Shown: piece by piece, positions 8,794 through 19,539 of the stretch
How positions within the stretch are numbered: the stretch's first letter is position 1
Layout: the number at the start of each line of letters is the position of its first letter
From: a virus
Reading direction: 5' to 3' (one strand)
DNA: 64,000 nt
IMG/VR virus record: IMGVR_UViG_3300005264_000001
Coordinates: 1-64,000 of that record
The notes under the pieces: model-generated
What the model was told of the DNA's origin: nothing
Databases searched by the model: none
Seen by the model: the letters and a program-made list of their open reading frames with translations, nothing else
Translations under genes and position numbers: made by a program

Positions 8794-10104
8794 ATGGAAA
8801 ACACATTAAAATATTTGGATTCAACAATGGTTGAAAAATTAGAAGTTAAAGGTTACTCTAAAGAGAGTTTGATTGAATTAGAAGCAAGAGAAATTAAATT
8901 ATACGAAAAAAGATTTAAAGGTACTGCTTACACTGAGGAAAAATACGTAGGAAATAGAATGAAGTCTTTAGCTAAGACTAGATTAGCTGATAAAAGAGAT
9001 TTTGTAACAGGTATATTATCACTTGAATCAAAACACATTATTGTAAAGATTAATGGTGAAATGACTTTAAAAGGTTTAGGATTCTCAAAAGACTTTCCAA
9101 AAGATAACTTTAAAGCAAAAACAGGAGATAAAATTAGATTCTTAGCTTATCCTGATAACTTAGATAAATACCCTACAATTTGGTTTAATGAATTACCAGA
9201 AGTAATTGGAAGTGTAGACGTCTCAAAGATTGATGATATTTTATTAAAAGGTGGATTTAAAGATTTAGATGTTGTAATTGTTGGAAGTACTAAACTTGAA
9301 AATAGCTTAGGTGATTGGAGAAAATTCTCTGAGAAAAATGCAGGTAAAACAAGAATTGATAAAAACACAAAGGTAGAATATAAAGTAGAAGCTGGTAGAA
9401 TGCCTTGGTCTTGTGGTGACATACCATTTGGTTCAAAGATTCCTGAAGGAAATGATTATCGATGTAACGCATTGGCTTTAATTAAGAGTGATGATAATAC
9501 AATAATGAAGTCTTTAGTATTAAAAGGTGATTGGTTAGAAAATGCAGACTTATCAACAGGAAGTGTTATTAAATATAAATCAACATTAGCAACTGTTGCA
9601 GCTCTTAAAAACGTTTGGATTACAAATGAACCTGTATTTGATAAAGAAAAACAAGTAATTACAAAAGATGAAATCTTAGAACAAGGTAAAGAATTTGTAA
9701 GAACTATTGAAGAATTAAACAAAGAAGATTACAAAGGTTTAGCTATTGTAACAGGAAACATTGCAAACTATAGTGTTAAAGGTAGTGCTGTTGAAGTTTC
9801 ATTCTCTGATGATTCAGAAGGAGATGGATTAAATGATATTGTTGATAAAAACTATATTGTAGATTGTCCATTTGTTGACGGTTCAATGGATGTTACATTT
9901 ATTGGATTAATTTCAAGAGATGTTAACACAAATTTATACTCATTTGGTAATAGTGTATTTACAACATTCTTTGATGAAATATTTGCTGTTCCAAAAGCTG
10001 AGGAAGATTTAGCTGACGAAACATTTGAAAGTGAAGATTTTGCTAGTGATGATGAAGACATCGAAAGTGATGAAGAAATTGATATTGAGGACGATTTATT
10101 ATAA
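8794..10104 (+). CDS. putative ssDNA-binding protein (RPA/SSB-like)
   Basis: Beta-rich sequence with a very acidic C-terminal tail, next to a recombination ATPase. Inferred from composition and context. Confidence 0.5.
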   Translation: MENTLKYLDSTMVEKLEVKGYSKESLIELEAREIKLYEKRFKGTAYTEEKYVGNRMKSLAKTRLADKRDFVTGILSLESKHIIVKINGEMTLKGLGFSKDFPKDNFKAKTGDKIRFLAYPDNLDKYPTIWFNELPEVIGSVDVSKIDDILLKGGFKDLDVVIVGSTKLENSLGDWRKFSEKNAGKTRIDKNTKVEYKVEAGRMPWSCGDIPFGSKIPEGNDYRCNALALIKSDDNTIMKSLVLKGDWLENADLSTGSVIKYKSTLATVAALKNVWITNEPVFDKEKQVITKDEILEQGKEFVRTIEELNKEDYKGLAIVTGNIANYSVKGSAVEVSFSDDSEGDGLNDIVDKNYIVDCPFVDGSMDVTFIGLISRDVNTNLYSFGNSVFTTFFDEIFAVPKAEEDLADETFESEDFASDDEDIESDEEIDIEDDLL

Positions 10105-10105
10105 A

Positions 10106-10573
10106 ATGGCAGGAGCTAATATAGTTGATGTACAAAGAATCGTTACAGAAAAAATTAGATTTACTGGAGGGGATTATATCCTCAACACTAACGATAAAAC
10201 ATTATTTAAGATGTTTCATAAGATTAAAGATTACGGAGACGAATTAAAGAAGAGTGTAATTGAAGCATTTTTACAAGATAAGTTTAAAAATGTTAATAAA
10301 GAATACAGACACGAAATATTTGTAAGAGATATGGAAGTATTCACAAAAACAATCTTGAAATACTTCGATGAGTTTGTGGAAAATATGACTGAAGCTGATA
10401 CATTGGAAACAATCGACCAATTAAAAGCATATGATATTGAACTTGAATCAGATGACGAAGATGAAGAGGAAGATGAAGAGGAATCTCGTGAAATGACTTA
10501 TGAAGAAAAACAAGCAGCTTTAAGAAATAACAATACAAATGTAAATGATGTAAACAATGAGGCTAGTGCGTGA
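10106..10573 (+). CDS. acidic hypothetical protein
   Basis: Start MAGANI at a TAAAATGG junction; poly-D/E tract. Confidence 0.65.
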   Translation: MAGANIVDVQRIVTEKIRFTGGDYILNTNDKTLFKMFHKIKDYGDELKKSVIEAFLQDKFKNVNKEYRHEIFVRDMEVFTKTILKYFDEFVENMTEADTLETIDQLKAYDIELESDDEDEEEDEEESREMTYEEKQAALRNNNTNVNDVNNEASA

Positions 10574-11418
10574 TGGCAACACCTGTTAAAAAAGAAGTAA
10601 CTGAAACTCTTGAACAAAGAAGAGCAAAATGGTATACTAAAGTTAAAGAACTTGAAAGTAAAAAATTTTGTATTGTTGTTGGAACTTCTGATAAAAATGG
10701 AATGTCTGATGGAACAGGTAAAACTGCTTTAACTGTAAGTTATGGTATTGATTACTTAAAAAAGAATCCTACCAAAAACATCTTCATAATTGATATTGAT
10801 TGTAGTGTTGATTATATTGCTAAGTACTATACTGAATATACAGATAGAATTTTAGTATTTCAACCTAACTTTGTTAAAGAAGATAATACAGCTGATTTTA
10901 CAAGATGTATTAAAGAGATTAATGCTGTTTGTGGTGATATTGCTAAAAATTATGAAGAGTTAAATATTGGAATGATTATCTTTGATGGATTAACACCTTT
11001 TAAAAAGATGTGTGAGATGCAGATGAGAATGGATAAATTTATTACAACTGAAGGAAAAGTTAATACTTTGTTTTGGCAGACTAGAAACAATCATTTTTTC
11101 AAGTCATTGAATACATTAAGAAGAGTACCAATTCATAAGTTTTTCATTGCTCAAGATGATTTCTTAGCATTTAATCAAACTATTGACATGGGTGGGACTG
11201 TTGTAAAAGTAGGAGCACTTCAAAAATCAGTAAGTGAAATGTGTTTACAAAGAATCCTTTGTTCAAAGAAAGAAAACTCAAATGGTGATTATGTTTTAAC
11301 AGCTAAGATTGATAAAGCAAAAGATGCACCCGAGAAACTCAACAAAGAGTACAAATTTATGATTGTAAATGATAAAGGAGTACGATTTAATACTGATAAA
11401 GTGTTTGAAGGATTATAA
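10570..11418 (+). CDS. RecA-superfamily AAA_24/Sak4-like ATPase
   Basis: DGTGKT, IIDID, IIFDGLT. Confidence 0.75.
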   Translation: MMATPVKKEVTETLEQRRAKWYTKVKELESKKFCIVVGTSDKNGMSDGTGKTALTVSYGIDYLKKNPTKNIFIIDIDCSVDYIAKYYTEYTDRILVFQPNFVKEDNTADFTRCIKEINAVCGDIAKNYEELNIGMIIFDGLTPFKKMCEMQMRMDKFITTEGKVNTLFWQTRNNHFFKSLNTLRRVPIHKFFIAQDDFLAFNQTIDMGGTVVKVGALQKSVSEMCLQRILCSKKENSNGDYVLTAKIDKAKDAPEKLNKEYKFMIVNDKGVRFNTDKVFEGL

Positions 11419-11459
11419 ATAATTTTAAAAACACTTATAGATTTATATTATTACAAAAA

Positions 11460-11867
11460 ATGGTTAAAAAAGAAAAAATTAACGAAAAAGTTGCTAAAGT
11501 ATTAGCAGACAAGGATATTTACAAAGGTAGTTTACCTGGAAAAGAAGAAGGATTTATAAAAGCAACAGAAGTTGAGGGTGAAACATTTTATGAAGAAATT
11601 TCAAAAGAAGATGTCACTAAAATAGTTAAGGAAGATGTTAAATTGAAAGAAGTAATTACTGAATCAATTACAGAAGCTGAACCTAAAACACCTGTAAGTA
11701 ACAAGTCAAAGTTTGATACTATTGTAAAATTGTTAAAAACAGGAAGTCTTGTACAAGATACAAGTGTAGGAAGATTACACATTCTAGATTACGATGAAAA
11801 GACAGGAAAGTCAAATGCATATCTTGGAGACAAGAAAATGAACGTTGAATTAAAGAGTATTCTTTAA
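11460..11867 (+). CDS. hypothetical protein
   Basis: ORF with AAAATGG start. Confidence 0.7.
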   Translation: MVKKEKINEKVAKVLADKDIYKGSLPGKEEGFIKATEVEGETFYEEISKEDVTKIVKEDVKLKEVITESITEAEPKTPVSNKSKFDTIVKLLKTGSLVQDTSVGRLHILDYDEKTGKSNAYLGDKKMNVELKSIL

Positions 11868-11922
11868 TTTATTTTTAATTCTAAATACAAACATTTATAA
11901 ACTAATCACTATTTTTATTATT

Positions 11923-12087
11923 ATGAAGAAAAAAGAAACAACAAATTTAAAGGAAGCTAAAGGTAGATTTATTTGTTATAATTGTAAATTAGGATTTAAT
12001 AAGTTAAGATGTATAGGAGTGGGACAAGGTTACTGTGAAAAGTGTTGGAAACTAGAACCTTGGAACAAAAGACTTATAAATGATTAA
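11923..12087 (+). CDS. small zinc-finger protein
   Basis: Leaderless ATG after CATTTATAAA; CYNC...CEKC. Confidence 0.55.
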   Translation: MKKKETTNLKEAKGRFICYNCKLGFNKLRCIGVGQGYCEKCWKLEPWNKRLIND

Positions 12088-12130
12088 TCATTATTTATTA
12101 TATGGTTGAGAAGCCAAAAAGATAAAAAAA

Positions 12131-12844
12131 ATGATTAAAATAGAAAATACAAAATTTGAAAAGTTTCTGAAATATATTTCAGTAGAAAAAGTTAATGAAC
12201 AATTAGTAATTGAATTTACTGAAAATGGTATTGAAGCAAACGTTTTCTCAATAGACCACACGTTAGCAGTAATTGCTACACTTAAAAAAGAAGACTTTAT
12301 TGAATATGAAAATATTAATAAAAAAGTTGGAATTAAAAATGTAGAAAGTTTAATTAATATTATGAAAGTTCTTTCAAATGATGTTGAATTAAACGTAATA
12401 GAAGAAAACAATACAGAATTCTTATCAGTAGTTAGTGATAAAACAAAAGCAACTGTATCAGTAGCAGATATTGATAGTATTGAAACTAAATTAGACCCTA
12501 AATTTAAAACAATGATTCTAGAAAAAGACACAAATTTTGTATCTTTAGATAGAAGCACAATAAATAAGTTATCTTCTATTATTGGGAGTGTTGAAAAATT
12601 AACTAAGTTAACTATTAAAGATAATGTATTAAATGTATTAATGGGTAGTTCAAGTATAGTTACAATTAATAATACTATTGAAAACTTTGAACATGTAGAT
12701 GAAAAAGGAACTTATGGAGTTAAAATTAGTAATGTTTTAAAAACTATTAAAGATGAAGATGTAAGTTTATGTGTAATTGAAGGAAATTTAATTCTTAGAG
12801 TAGAAAAGTACAACTCATTAGTTTTACTAGCATCGGAGGAATAA
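12131..12844 (+). CDS. pcn: PCNA-type DNA sliding clamp
   Basis: 237 aa; IEFTENGIEANVFSIDHTLAV and DFIEYE..KKVGI match the PCNA N-terminus; adjacent to RFC. Confidence 0.8.
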   Translation: MIKIENTKFEKFLKYISVEKVNEQLVIEFTENGIEANVFSIDHTLAVIATLKKEDFIEYENINKKVGIKNVESLINIMKVLSNDVELNVIEENNTEFLSVVSDKTKATVSVADIDSIETKLDPKFKTMILEKDTNFVSLDRSTINKLSSIIGSVEKLTKLTIKDNVLNVLMGSSSIVTINNTIENFEHVDEKGTYGVKISNVLKTIKDEDVSLCVIEGNLILRVEKYNSLVLLASEE

Positions 12845-12847
12845 ATA

Positions 12848-13747
12848 ATGGAGTTATGGACTGAAAAATACAGACCAAAGAAATTTGAAGACGTAATTGG
12901 AATTCCAAAATCTATTGTGAATTCCATTAAAGAAGGTGGAATTCCACATCTTTTATTATCCTCAAATAGTCCTGGTACAGGAAAATCTTCGAGTATGAGA
13001 ATTATCATTGAACAAAATAAAGCTGAGTGTTTACAATTAAATGCAAGTACTGAAAATGGTGTAGATGTTGTAAGAAATGAAATTAAAAACTTCGCTATGT
13101 CAAAATCTATTAACGGGACACCACGTATTATTGCACTAGAAGAAGCACAACAACTTACAAATCAAGCACAAAGAGCTTTATTAGATGTTATGGAAAGATA
13201 TGAGAAAAATTGTAGATTTATTTTAACTTGTAATAATTATAAGAAGTTAGATGATGCATTAATTTCAAGATGTCAGCATCACAAATACGAGAAACCAAAG
13301 AAAGAAGATATTTGGGATTTAGTACAAAAGATTTGTGAAAAAGAATCTTTATCAGTGAGTGAGAAATTAGTTCAATTACTTGTTGATAGATATTATCCGG
13401 ATATGAGAACTATTGTAAATAAATTACAAGAATTCAAAGAACTAAATATCAAAATTACAGAAGATTTAATTTTAAGTGATGTTAGAGTCTCAGAAAAACT
13501 ATTTGAATTATTACAGAATAAAACACCATTCACAAAAATAAGACAATGGGTATTAAATGAGAATATCAATTATGAATCAGCACTTGTGGAAATGTATATT
13601 TATTTATTAGATAATAAAGACAAGTTTAAAGGTAAAGTTTCTAAGATTTTAGAAAAGATTGTAATTTGTAATAGGTATATGAAGTCTTGTATATCACAAG
13701 AAATTGAATTTGAACATATGTTGAAATCAATTTTAACAATAATTTAA
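12848..13747 (+). CDS. rfcS: replication factor C small subunit (clamp loader)
   Basis: LWTEKYRPK, PGTGKS, LNAS, EEA, SRC motif. Confidence 0.95.
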   Translation: MELWTEKYRPKKFEDVIGIPKSIVNSIKEGGIPHLLLSSNSPGTGKSSSMRIIIEQNKAECLQLNASTENGVDVVRNEIKNFAMSKSINGTPRIIALEEAQQLTNQAQRALLDVMERYEKNCRFILTCNNYKKLDDALISRCQHHKYEKPKKEDIWDLVQKICEKESLSVSEKLVQLLVDRYYPDMRTIVNKLQEFKELNIKITEDLILSDVRVSEKLFELLQNKTPFTKIRQWVLNENINYESALVEMYIYLLDNKDKFKGKVSKILEKIVICNRYMKSCISQEIEFEHMLKSILTII

Positions 13748-13753
13748 ATTAAA

Positions 13754-14215
13754 ATGGTATTAATGAGTATGCAAGCAATATTTGAAAGAAGATACAAAGA
13801 TGTAGATGTAAATCTACTAGTACCTTTGAATCGTTGGAGTAACTTCTGTATACAAAATGAGAACGTTACAGTCGATATCAATAGACATTTCTTTGTTGGT
13901 AATAAGAATATACTACTGGGTCAATTATACTATTGGAATCGTTCCCCTAAGTTTATTAAATATCACAAAACCGAGAAATTTAATAAAGATAGATTTGATT
14001 TTGTATCACAACTCTTACAAAGAAAATACAAATACGGCACAAATGAGATTGAGTCAATGAAAAGACTTATTGAGATTATGATTAAGCGTTCTGATGAAAT
14101 GGAAAAATTAGCAGGTTATTTTGGTCTAGAATTAAAAGACAGAAAGAAATTAGGTTTAAAAGTGTTGAAACCAAAGATTGAAAAATCAACTAAAAAGATT
14201 AGAACACTATTTTAA
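13754..14215 (+). CDS. putative clamp-loader A subunit (T4 gp62/RFC-L analogue)
   Basis: Position after RFC, size, PKFIKY segment and a C-terminal IRTLF PIP-like motif. Confidence 0.55.
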   Translation: MVLMSMQAIFERRYKDVDVNLLVPLNRWSNFCIQNENVTVDINRHFFVGNKNILLGQLYYWNRSPKFIKYHKTEKFNKDRFDFVSQLLQRKYKYGTNEIESMKRLIEIMIKRSDEMEKLAGYFGLELKDRKKLGLKVLKPKIEKSTKKIRTLF

Positions 14216-14218
14216 AAA

Positions 14219-15430
14219 ATGAAAGAAGAAATTTTAAAAACAAGAAAATTAAAAGTATTTGAGATGTTTGCTGGTTATGGTGGGGCATCTTTTGGTTTAC
14301 AAAATGCAGGAATAGAGCACGAATCAGTAGGTTTTAGTGAGATAGAACCTTGTAGTATTAAATGTTATGCACAAAACCATATTGGAGTAAAAAATTCCGG
14401 TGATTGTTATAAAATAAAAACTGAAGATTTACCTGATTTTGACATATTAACAGGGGGATTTCCATGTCAGTCCTTTTCAATAGCTGGAAAAAGAGAAGGA
14501 TTTAAAGCAAAGAAAAAAGGACAACTATTTTTTGAAATTATAAGAATAGCAAAAGATAAAAAGCCTAAATATATGTTACTTGAAAATGTACAGGGTTTAA
14601 TAAGTCACGATAATGGTAACACTTTAAGTGTAGTACTACAAGAATTAAGGGTTTTGGGTTATGGTGTAGAACATAAACTACTTTATACTAAAGATTATGG
14701 AATACCTCAAAATAGACCTAGAATTTGGTTTGCTTGTAAACTTGGTGGTTGGGAATTAGGAGAATTTAGTTGGCCTAAAAAAGAAAAAACTTGTGAAAGT
14801 ATTTGGAATATTCTTGAAAAAGAAGTAGACCATAAATATTACCTAAAAAAAGATTTGTTAGAAACACTCAATAGAATAGAAGTTGAGAAAGGTAGAACAA
14901 AAATATTACAATCAGATGGATTATTTCAATTTAGGTATGATAAGGGTTTGGTTAAAGCAGATACATTTACTTTAATGGCAAACTTTAAACCTAATGATTT
15001 GTCTAATATGTTATTTATTAGACAACCACAAAAAAGTTTTATCGGAGGTTATAGATATGACAAAGGTATAGAGATATTAAGTGATAAAAATGTATGTTCA
15101 ACATTAACAGCAGCAAAGAATCAAATAATTATTGGTGATTTTAGGTATGATGAAGGAATAAGAGTTAGAGAAGATGAGATATCACCAACATTAACTACTA
15201 ACAACAATACAATAACAAACTTTTCTATAACAACATTTAGAAGTATAACACCAAAAGAATGTTGGCGATTAATGGGATTTAAGGATGGTCAAATTAATGT
15301 TGAAGGTATGACAGATAGACAACAGTATTTCATGTCTGGTAATGGTTGGGATATTAATGTTGCAAGTTTAATTTGGAAACAAATGTTAACTAATAAATTT
15401 GAGAAAAGAGGATTATTTAAATTACTTTAA
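14219..15430 (+). CDS. C5-cytosine DNA methyltransferase
   Basis: FAGYGG, GFPCQ, ENV, QNRPR, GNGW. Confidence 0.95.
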   Translation: MKEEILKTRKLKVFEMFAGYGGASFGLQNAGIEHESVGFSEIEPCSIKCYAQNHIGVKNSGDCYKIKTEDLPDFDILTGGFPCQSFSIAGKREGFKAKKKGQLFFEIIRIAKDKKPKYMLLENVQGLISHDNGNTLSVVLQELRVLGYGVEHKLLYTKDYGIPQNRPRIWFACKLGGWELGEFSWPKKEKTCESIWNILEKEVDHKYYLKKDLLETLNRIEVEKGRTKILQSDGLFQFRYDKGLVKADTFTLMANFKPNDLSNMLFIRQPQKSFIGGYRYDKGIEILSDKNVCSTLTAAKNQIIIGDFRYDEGIRVREDEISPTLTTNNNTITNFSITTFRSITPKECWRLMGFKDGQINVEGMTDRQQYFMSGNGWDINVASLIWKQMLTNKFEKRGLFKLL

Positions 15431-15631
15431 ATGGAACTTATTGATAAAATTATTAAACTTGTTAGTAGATTAAAATTACAAAATAAATGCCCAACTAGAG
15501 TTTATATAAAAGAAAAGTATTTAAAAGAAACAACGGTATTTAATCCAGTTAAATACTATTCTGTTAGTGAAAAAGATGAAGAGATGTTTATGAAAGATAA
15601 TTTTATAAATAGAGACTTCTTTATAATTTAA
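15431..15631 (+). CDS. hypothetical protein
   Basis: Coupled ORF. Confidence 0.6.
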   Translation: MELIDKIIKLVSRLKLQNKCPTRVYIKEKYLKETTVFNPVKYYSVSEKDEEMFMKDNFINRDFFII

Positions 15632-15632
15632 A

Positions 15633-17495
15633 ATGGGAAAATATATACAAAAATTAGTAAAAACAGAGAAAGAGTGGCAACAACTAGTTGAATTATCAAA
15701 ACAACATAAAGTGATGAGTTTTGATACTGAAAATGGAGGTGTTGATAAACTACATGCTGTAAATGTTAAACATTGTAATCCTGCTGGATTTAGTGTCTCG
15801 TTTGATGGTATTACAGGTTTTTATGTACCTATTAATCATACAGATATTAAAACAGAATTTCACAAGAGATTTAACGAGTTATTAGAAACTGTAATTGTAT
15901 TACCTATGTGGAATGCTCCATACGATGGTGGTATAGTTCAATATAGATACAACGTAGACATTGAAGACAAATATTGGTGGGATTGTATGGTTGCTCAACA
16001 TCTAATTGATGAGACAGATAAGAAAGGATTAAAATATAATTCAGAAAAATACTTTGGTTATACACAGGACCACTTTGATTTTGGTGATTGTAGTAAAGTA
16101 TCAAGTGAAGCTATTTTCAAATATGCTTGTGATGATGCTATTATGACCTTTAAACATTATGAAAGATTACAACCTCAACTAAAAAAAGAAGGGTTATCAA
16201 GACTATTTAGAGAAAGAGAAATACCTTTACAACCTGTATTGGCTCACATGAAGTGGCACGGTGTTACGTTTGATACTGAAAGAAGTATTGAGATTGAAGA
16301 AAAAGCTAAGAATAGATTAGATGAAATAATTCCTGAGATTTGTGCTGTAACTCCTGAGATTAGAATGCAAAAAACATTATTTGGTGGCCCTAGTATTCCA
16401 ATCACTGATGTGAATAAACCTAATCAATTAAAGAAACTTTTATTTGATGATTTAAACTTAACAATTACAGAAAAAACTGAAACAGGTTTACCTAAAGTTG
16501 ATAAGAGAGCATTAAAAAATATTAAAGATGAACATCCTATTATTCCATTATTAATAGAAAATTCAGTTGTTAAAAAGATTTACTCAACTTACACGTACAG
16601 TTTACGAACTAAAGTTATGAAGGATAATAAGATATTTATGAACTTAAATGATGTAGGCACAAAAACCGGACGTTTCGCGTCAAACTCGCCGAATCTACAA
16701 AATTTACCATCTAATGATGACTATCCTATTAGAGAATGTTTCATTGCTCCTAAAGGTTATAAAATGATAGCAATTGATTATTCACAACAAGAATATAGAT
16801 TTTGTGGGCATTTGTGTGATTGTAAAAACTTTAAAGAGTTGTATAAGAAAGGTAAAGATTTACATCTAACAACAGCTAATGATTGTTATAATCTAGGAAT
16901 TCCAGAGGAAGGCTTAATTAAGTCAAGTCCAAAATATAAAGAGTATGAAGAGAAGTTTCATAAACACAGAAAATTAGCTAAATCAATTAATTTTGGTATT
17001 CTATATGGTATGGGTGCAAAAAGTTTAGGTGAACTACTTGGAGTAGATGAATCAGAAGGGCAAAGAATTATTGATGCTTATTCAATAGCAAACCCTGAAA
17101 TTATTACTAAAATGAAGCACATACACAAACTTGTAGATGCACAAGGTTTTGTGAGAAATTATTATGGGAGAAAAAGAAGATTTACAAAAAGACATGGGAG
17201 ATTTTATTCAAATGGAGATAAAAGAGAAGCCTTTAATCATCAAATACAATCATCATGTGCGGACATGTTAAGAGGAGTGTTCATAGAGATTTACAAATAT
17301 GTAAAGACTACAAATGATGAAGTCATAATAAATTTTACAGTTCATGATGAACTTGTTTTTTCTGTGAAGGATAATGAAAGAAAAAACTCGCATCTTAAAA
17401 AATTAATTAACATTATGGAAACCACAGAGAAGTTTAGTATATATATGACAGCCGATTGTGGTGGTTTTTATAATAATTATGCAGATGCGAAATAG
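15633..17495 (+). CDS. polA: family A DNA polymerase with 3'-5' exonuclease
   Basis: Exo motifs FDTE, NAPYD, YACDD; TGRFAS..PNLQN; motif A DYSQQEYR, motif B RKLAKSINFGILYG, motif C VHDEL. Confidence 0.96.
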   Translation: MGKYIQKLVKTEKEWQQLVELSKQHKVMSFDTENGGVDKLHAVNVKHCNPAGFSVSFDGITGFYVPINHTDIKTEFHKRFNELLETVIVLPMWNAPYDGGIVQYRYNVDIEDKYWWDCMVAQHLIDETDKKGLKYNSEKYFGYTQDHFDFGDCSKVSSEAIFKYACDDAIMTFKHYERLQPQLKKEGLSRLFREREIPLQPVLAHMKWHGVTFDTERSIEIEEKAKNRLDEIIPEICAVTPEIRMQKTLFGGPSIPITDVNKPNQLKKLLFDDLNLTITEKTETGLPKVDKRALKNIKDEHPIIPLLIENSVVKKIYSTYTYSLRTKVMKDNKIFMNLNDVGTKTGRFASNSPNLQNLPSNDDYPIRECFIAPKGYKMIAIDYSQQEYRFCGHLCDCKNFKELYKKGKDLHLTTANDCYNLGIPEEGLIKSSPKYKEYEEKFHKHRKLAKSINFGILYGMGAKSLGELLGVDESEGQRIIDAYSIANPEIITKMKHIHKLVDAQGFVRNYYGRKRRFTKRHGRFYSNGDKREAFNHQIQSSCADMLRGVFIEIYKYVKTTNDEVIINFTVHDELVFSVKDNERKNSHLKKLINIMETTEKFSIYMTADCGGFYNNYADAK

Positions 17496-17529
17496 AAAGA
17501 TTTATAAATAATATTTAATTATTTATTAT

Positions 17530-19173
17530 ATGATTGAGAAAAACTTAATAAAACAATTAAAAGAGAACGACGAAGATTACAATTTCTATCCTACATCAAA
17601 AAGTATGATTAAAACAATATTTAATCATATAAATAATAATTATGTAGATATTTTAGACATAGGTTGTGGTACCTGTAACTTTAAAAATTATTTTAATGAA
17701 TTATCAGAAGAAAAATATAATTATGAACAACAAAACAATATTCTAAGTGAATATCAAAGAGAAATTCCAAAGAAAAAAATAAATAATTATTTTGTAATTG
17801 AGAAATCAAAAATCTTAATAAATAAATTAGATAAAGATTCTATGATTCTAGGTACTGATTTTTATGAGACTAATTTAATAGATAAACCTGTAGGAACTAT
17901 CTTTTGTAATCCACCTTACGATGATTTTAAAAATTGGATGTATAAAATTATAGATGAAGGTAATTGCTATGATATGTATTTAATAGTTCCTCAAAGATGG
18001 AAAGAAGATACTAGAATAAATGACTTAATTACAAAAAGAAAATTTACTTATGAAGTATTAGATAGTACAGATTTTTTAAATGCTGAAAGACAAGCAAGAG
18101 CTAAAGTTGATATTCTACACATAACTAAAAAAGTTAAAAATTATAGAAATGATAGTTTAGATAGTATTGAAAAAGATTCATTTAGTGAATGGTTCAATGA
18201 AGAATTTCCTATGAGTAGAGAAGAGATAGAAACAACACCTGAAGAAACTATTAAGAATGAATTAGTTAATGGAGAAGATAAAACAGAGATTCTTGTTAAC
18301 CTGTATAATAGTGAAATTACAATATTTAATAATCATTTTAAATCTATATGTTCACTTGATTTAAGTATTTTAGAAACAATAGGAATTGATAAATCTAAAG
18401 TTATGAAAACAATACAACAAAAAACAAAAAGTTTAAAAATACTTTATTGGAAAATGGTTTTTGAACAATTAGACGAAATAACAACCAGATTAACAACTGA
18501 AACAAGAAGAGAATTGTTTGAGAAGTTTACAGAATGTCATGCAATAGACTTTAATAAAAGAAACATTTACGCTATAATTGTATGGGTTATAAAGAACTCT
18601 AATGACTATTACAATAAACAATTAATTAGTTTCTATAAAGAACTATCTGATAAAACTAATGTTACCCCGTTTAAGTCTAATCAAAAGTTATTTGAAAATG
18701 ATGAGTGGAGATGGAATAGTTTTAGTACAAAAGCAACACATTACACACTAGATTATAGAATTATTTGTAATAATAGATTAATAAACGTAAAGCAAAACTG
18801 GAACGGAGGAGGACTAGAAACAGGTTATGACTATGACGAGAAAATTTCTGATATCAAAGTAGTGTTTAAAAATATAGGATTTGAAATAAAAAATATTGAA
18901 AAACCAACGAGTTTCGGAGAGAAATGTTATGCATACGATAATGAAGGAATCCAAATGTTCGAATTTAAATGTCATAAAAATGGTAATTTACATTTAAAAC
19001 TAAATGTTGAATTTACAAAAGCAATGAATGTAGAAGTAGCAAGATTACTTGGTTGGATTAAAAATAAAGAAGATATTAAAAGAGAATTTTCAAAAGAAAT
19101 GGCAAAAGGTGCAGAGAAATACTTTAAATCAAATCAATGTATAGGTTTTTCTGATATTAAGTTGTTACAATAA
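17530..19173 (+). CDS. N6-adenine/N4-cytosine DNA methyltransferase with DUF4942-like C-terminus
   Basis: FYPT, LDIGCGT, NPPY, FLNAERQAR, KNGNLHLK. Confidence 0.85.
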   Translation: MIEKNLIKQLKENDEDYNFYPTSKSMIKTIFNHINNNYVDILDIGCGTCNFKNYFNELSEEKYNYEQQNNILSEYQREIPKKKINNYFVIEKSKILINKLDKDSMILGTDFYETNLIDKPVGTIFCNPPYDDFKNWMYKIIDEGNCYDMYLIVPQRWKEDTRINDLITKRKFTYEVLDSTDFLNAERQARAKVDILHITKKVKNYRNDSLDSIEKDSFSEWFNEEFPMSREEIETTPEETIKNELVNGEDKTEILVNLYNSEITIFNNHFKSICSLDLSILETIGIDKSKVMKTIQQKTKSLKILYWKMVFEQLDEITTRLTTETRRELFEKFTECHAIDFNKRNIYAIIVWVIKNSNDYYNKQLISFYKELSDKTNVTPFKSNQKLFENDEWRWNSFSTKATHYTLDYRIICNNRLINVKQNWNGGGLETGYDYDEKISDIKVVFKNIGFEIKNIEKPTSFGEKCYAYDNEGIQMFEFKCHKNGNLHLKLNVEFTKAMNVEVARLLGWIKNKEDIKREFSKEMAKGAEKYFKSNQCIGFSDIKLLQ

Positions 19174-19281
19174 ATTTAAAATACTCTAATTCTTTTTAAC
19201 TATTATGAATTAATGACAACTACAATACAACAATTCTAAACTAATAGAAACACTTATAAAGAGATAATCATTAATATTATT

Positions 19282-19539
19282 ATGATTAAGAAATCAGAAG
19301 AGATAAAAAAAGAATATGAATATAATGACATATTCTTAAAAGCAAAAAAAGATATAAGTGAGATTATAAGAAAAGCCGATGATGAAGTTTCAAAGATTAT
19401 AGAAGAAAAGAAAGTTGAAACTTTTAGTAACATTACAGAAATGATTAATGTTCAAAATGACTTAAAGTATGCTGAATTAGAAGGAGAAAATTTAGATAAA
19501 TTAAGAAACGCATTTTATAATTGGAGAAATTGTAAATGA
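19282..19539 (+). CDS. hypothetical coiled-coil protein
   Basis: Leaderless ATG with its own TATA. Confidence 0.65.
   Translation: MIKKSEEIKKEYEYNDIFLKAKKDISEIIRKADDEVSKIIEEKKVETFSNITEMINVQNDLKYAELEGENLDKLRNAFYNWRNCK

Noticed and set aside
2168-12558. Minus-strand ORFs in the replication block (e.g. 2168, 6320, 12091), and likewise plus-strand ORFs over virion genes (e.g. 39656, 49479, 58283)
   Set aside because: Antisense shadows of well-supported genes, with no promoter or motif support.
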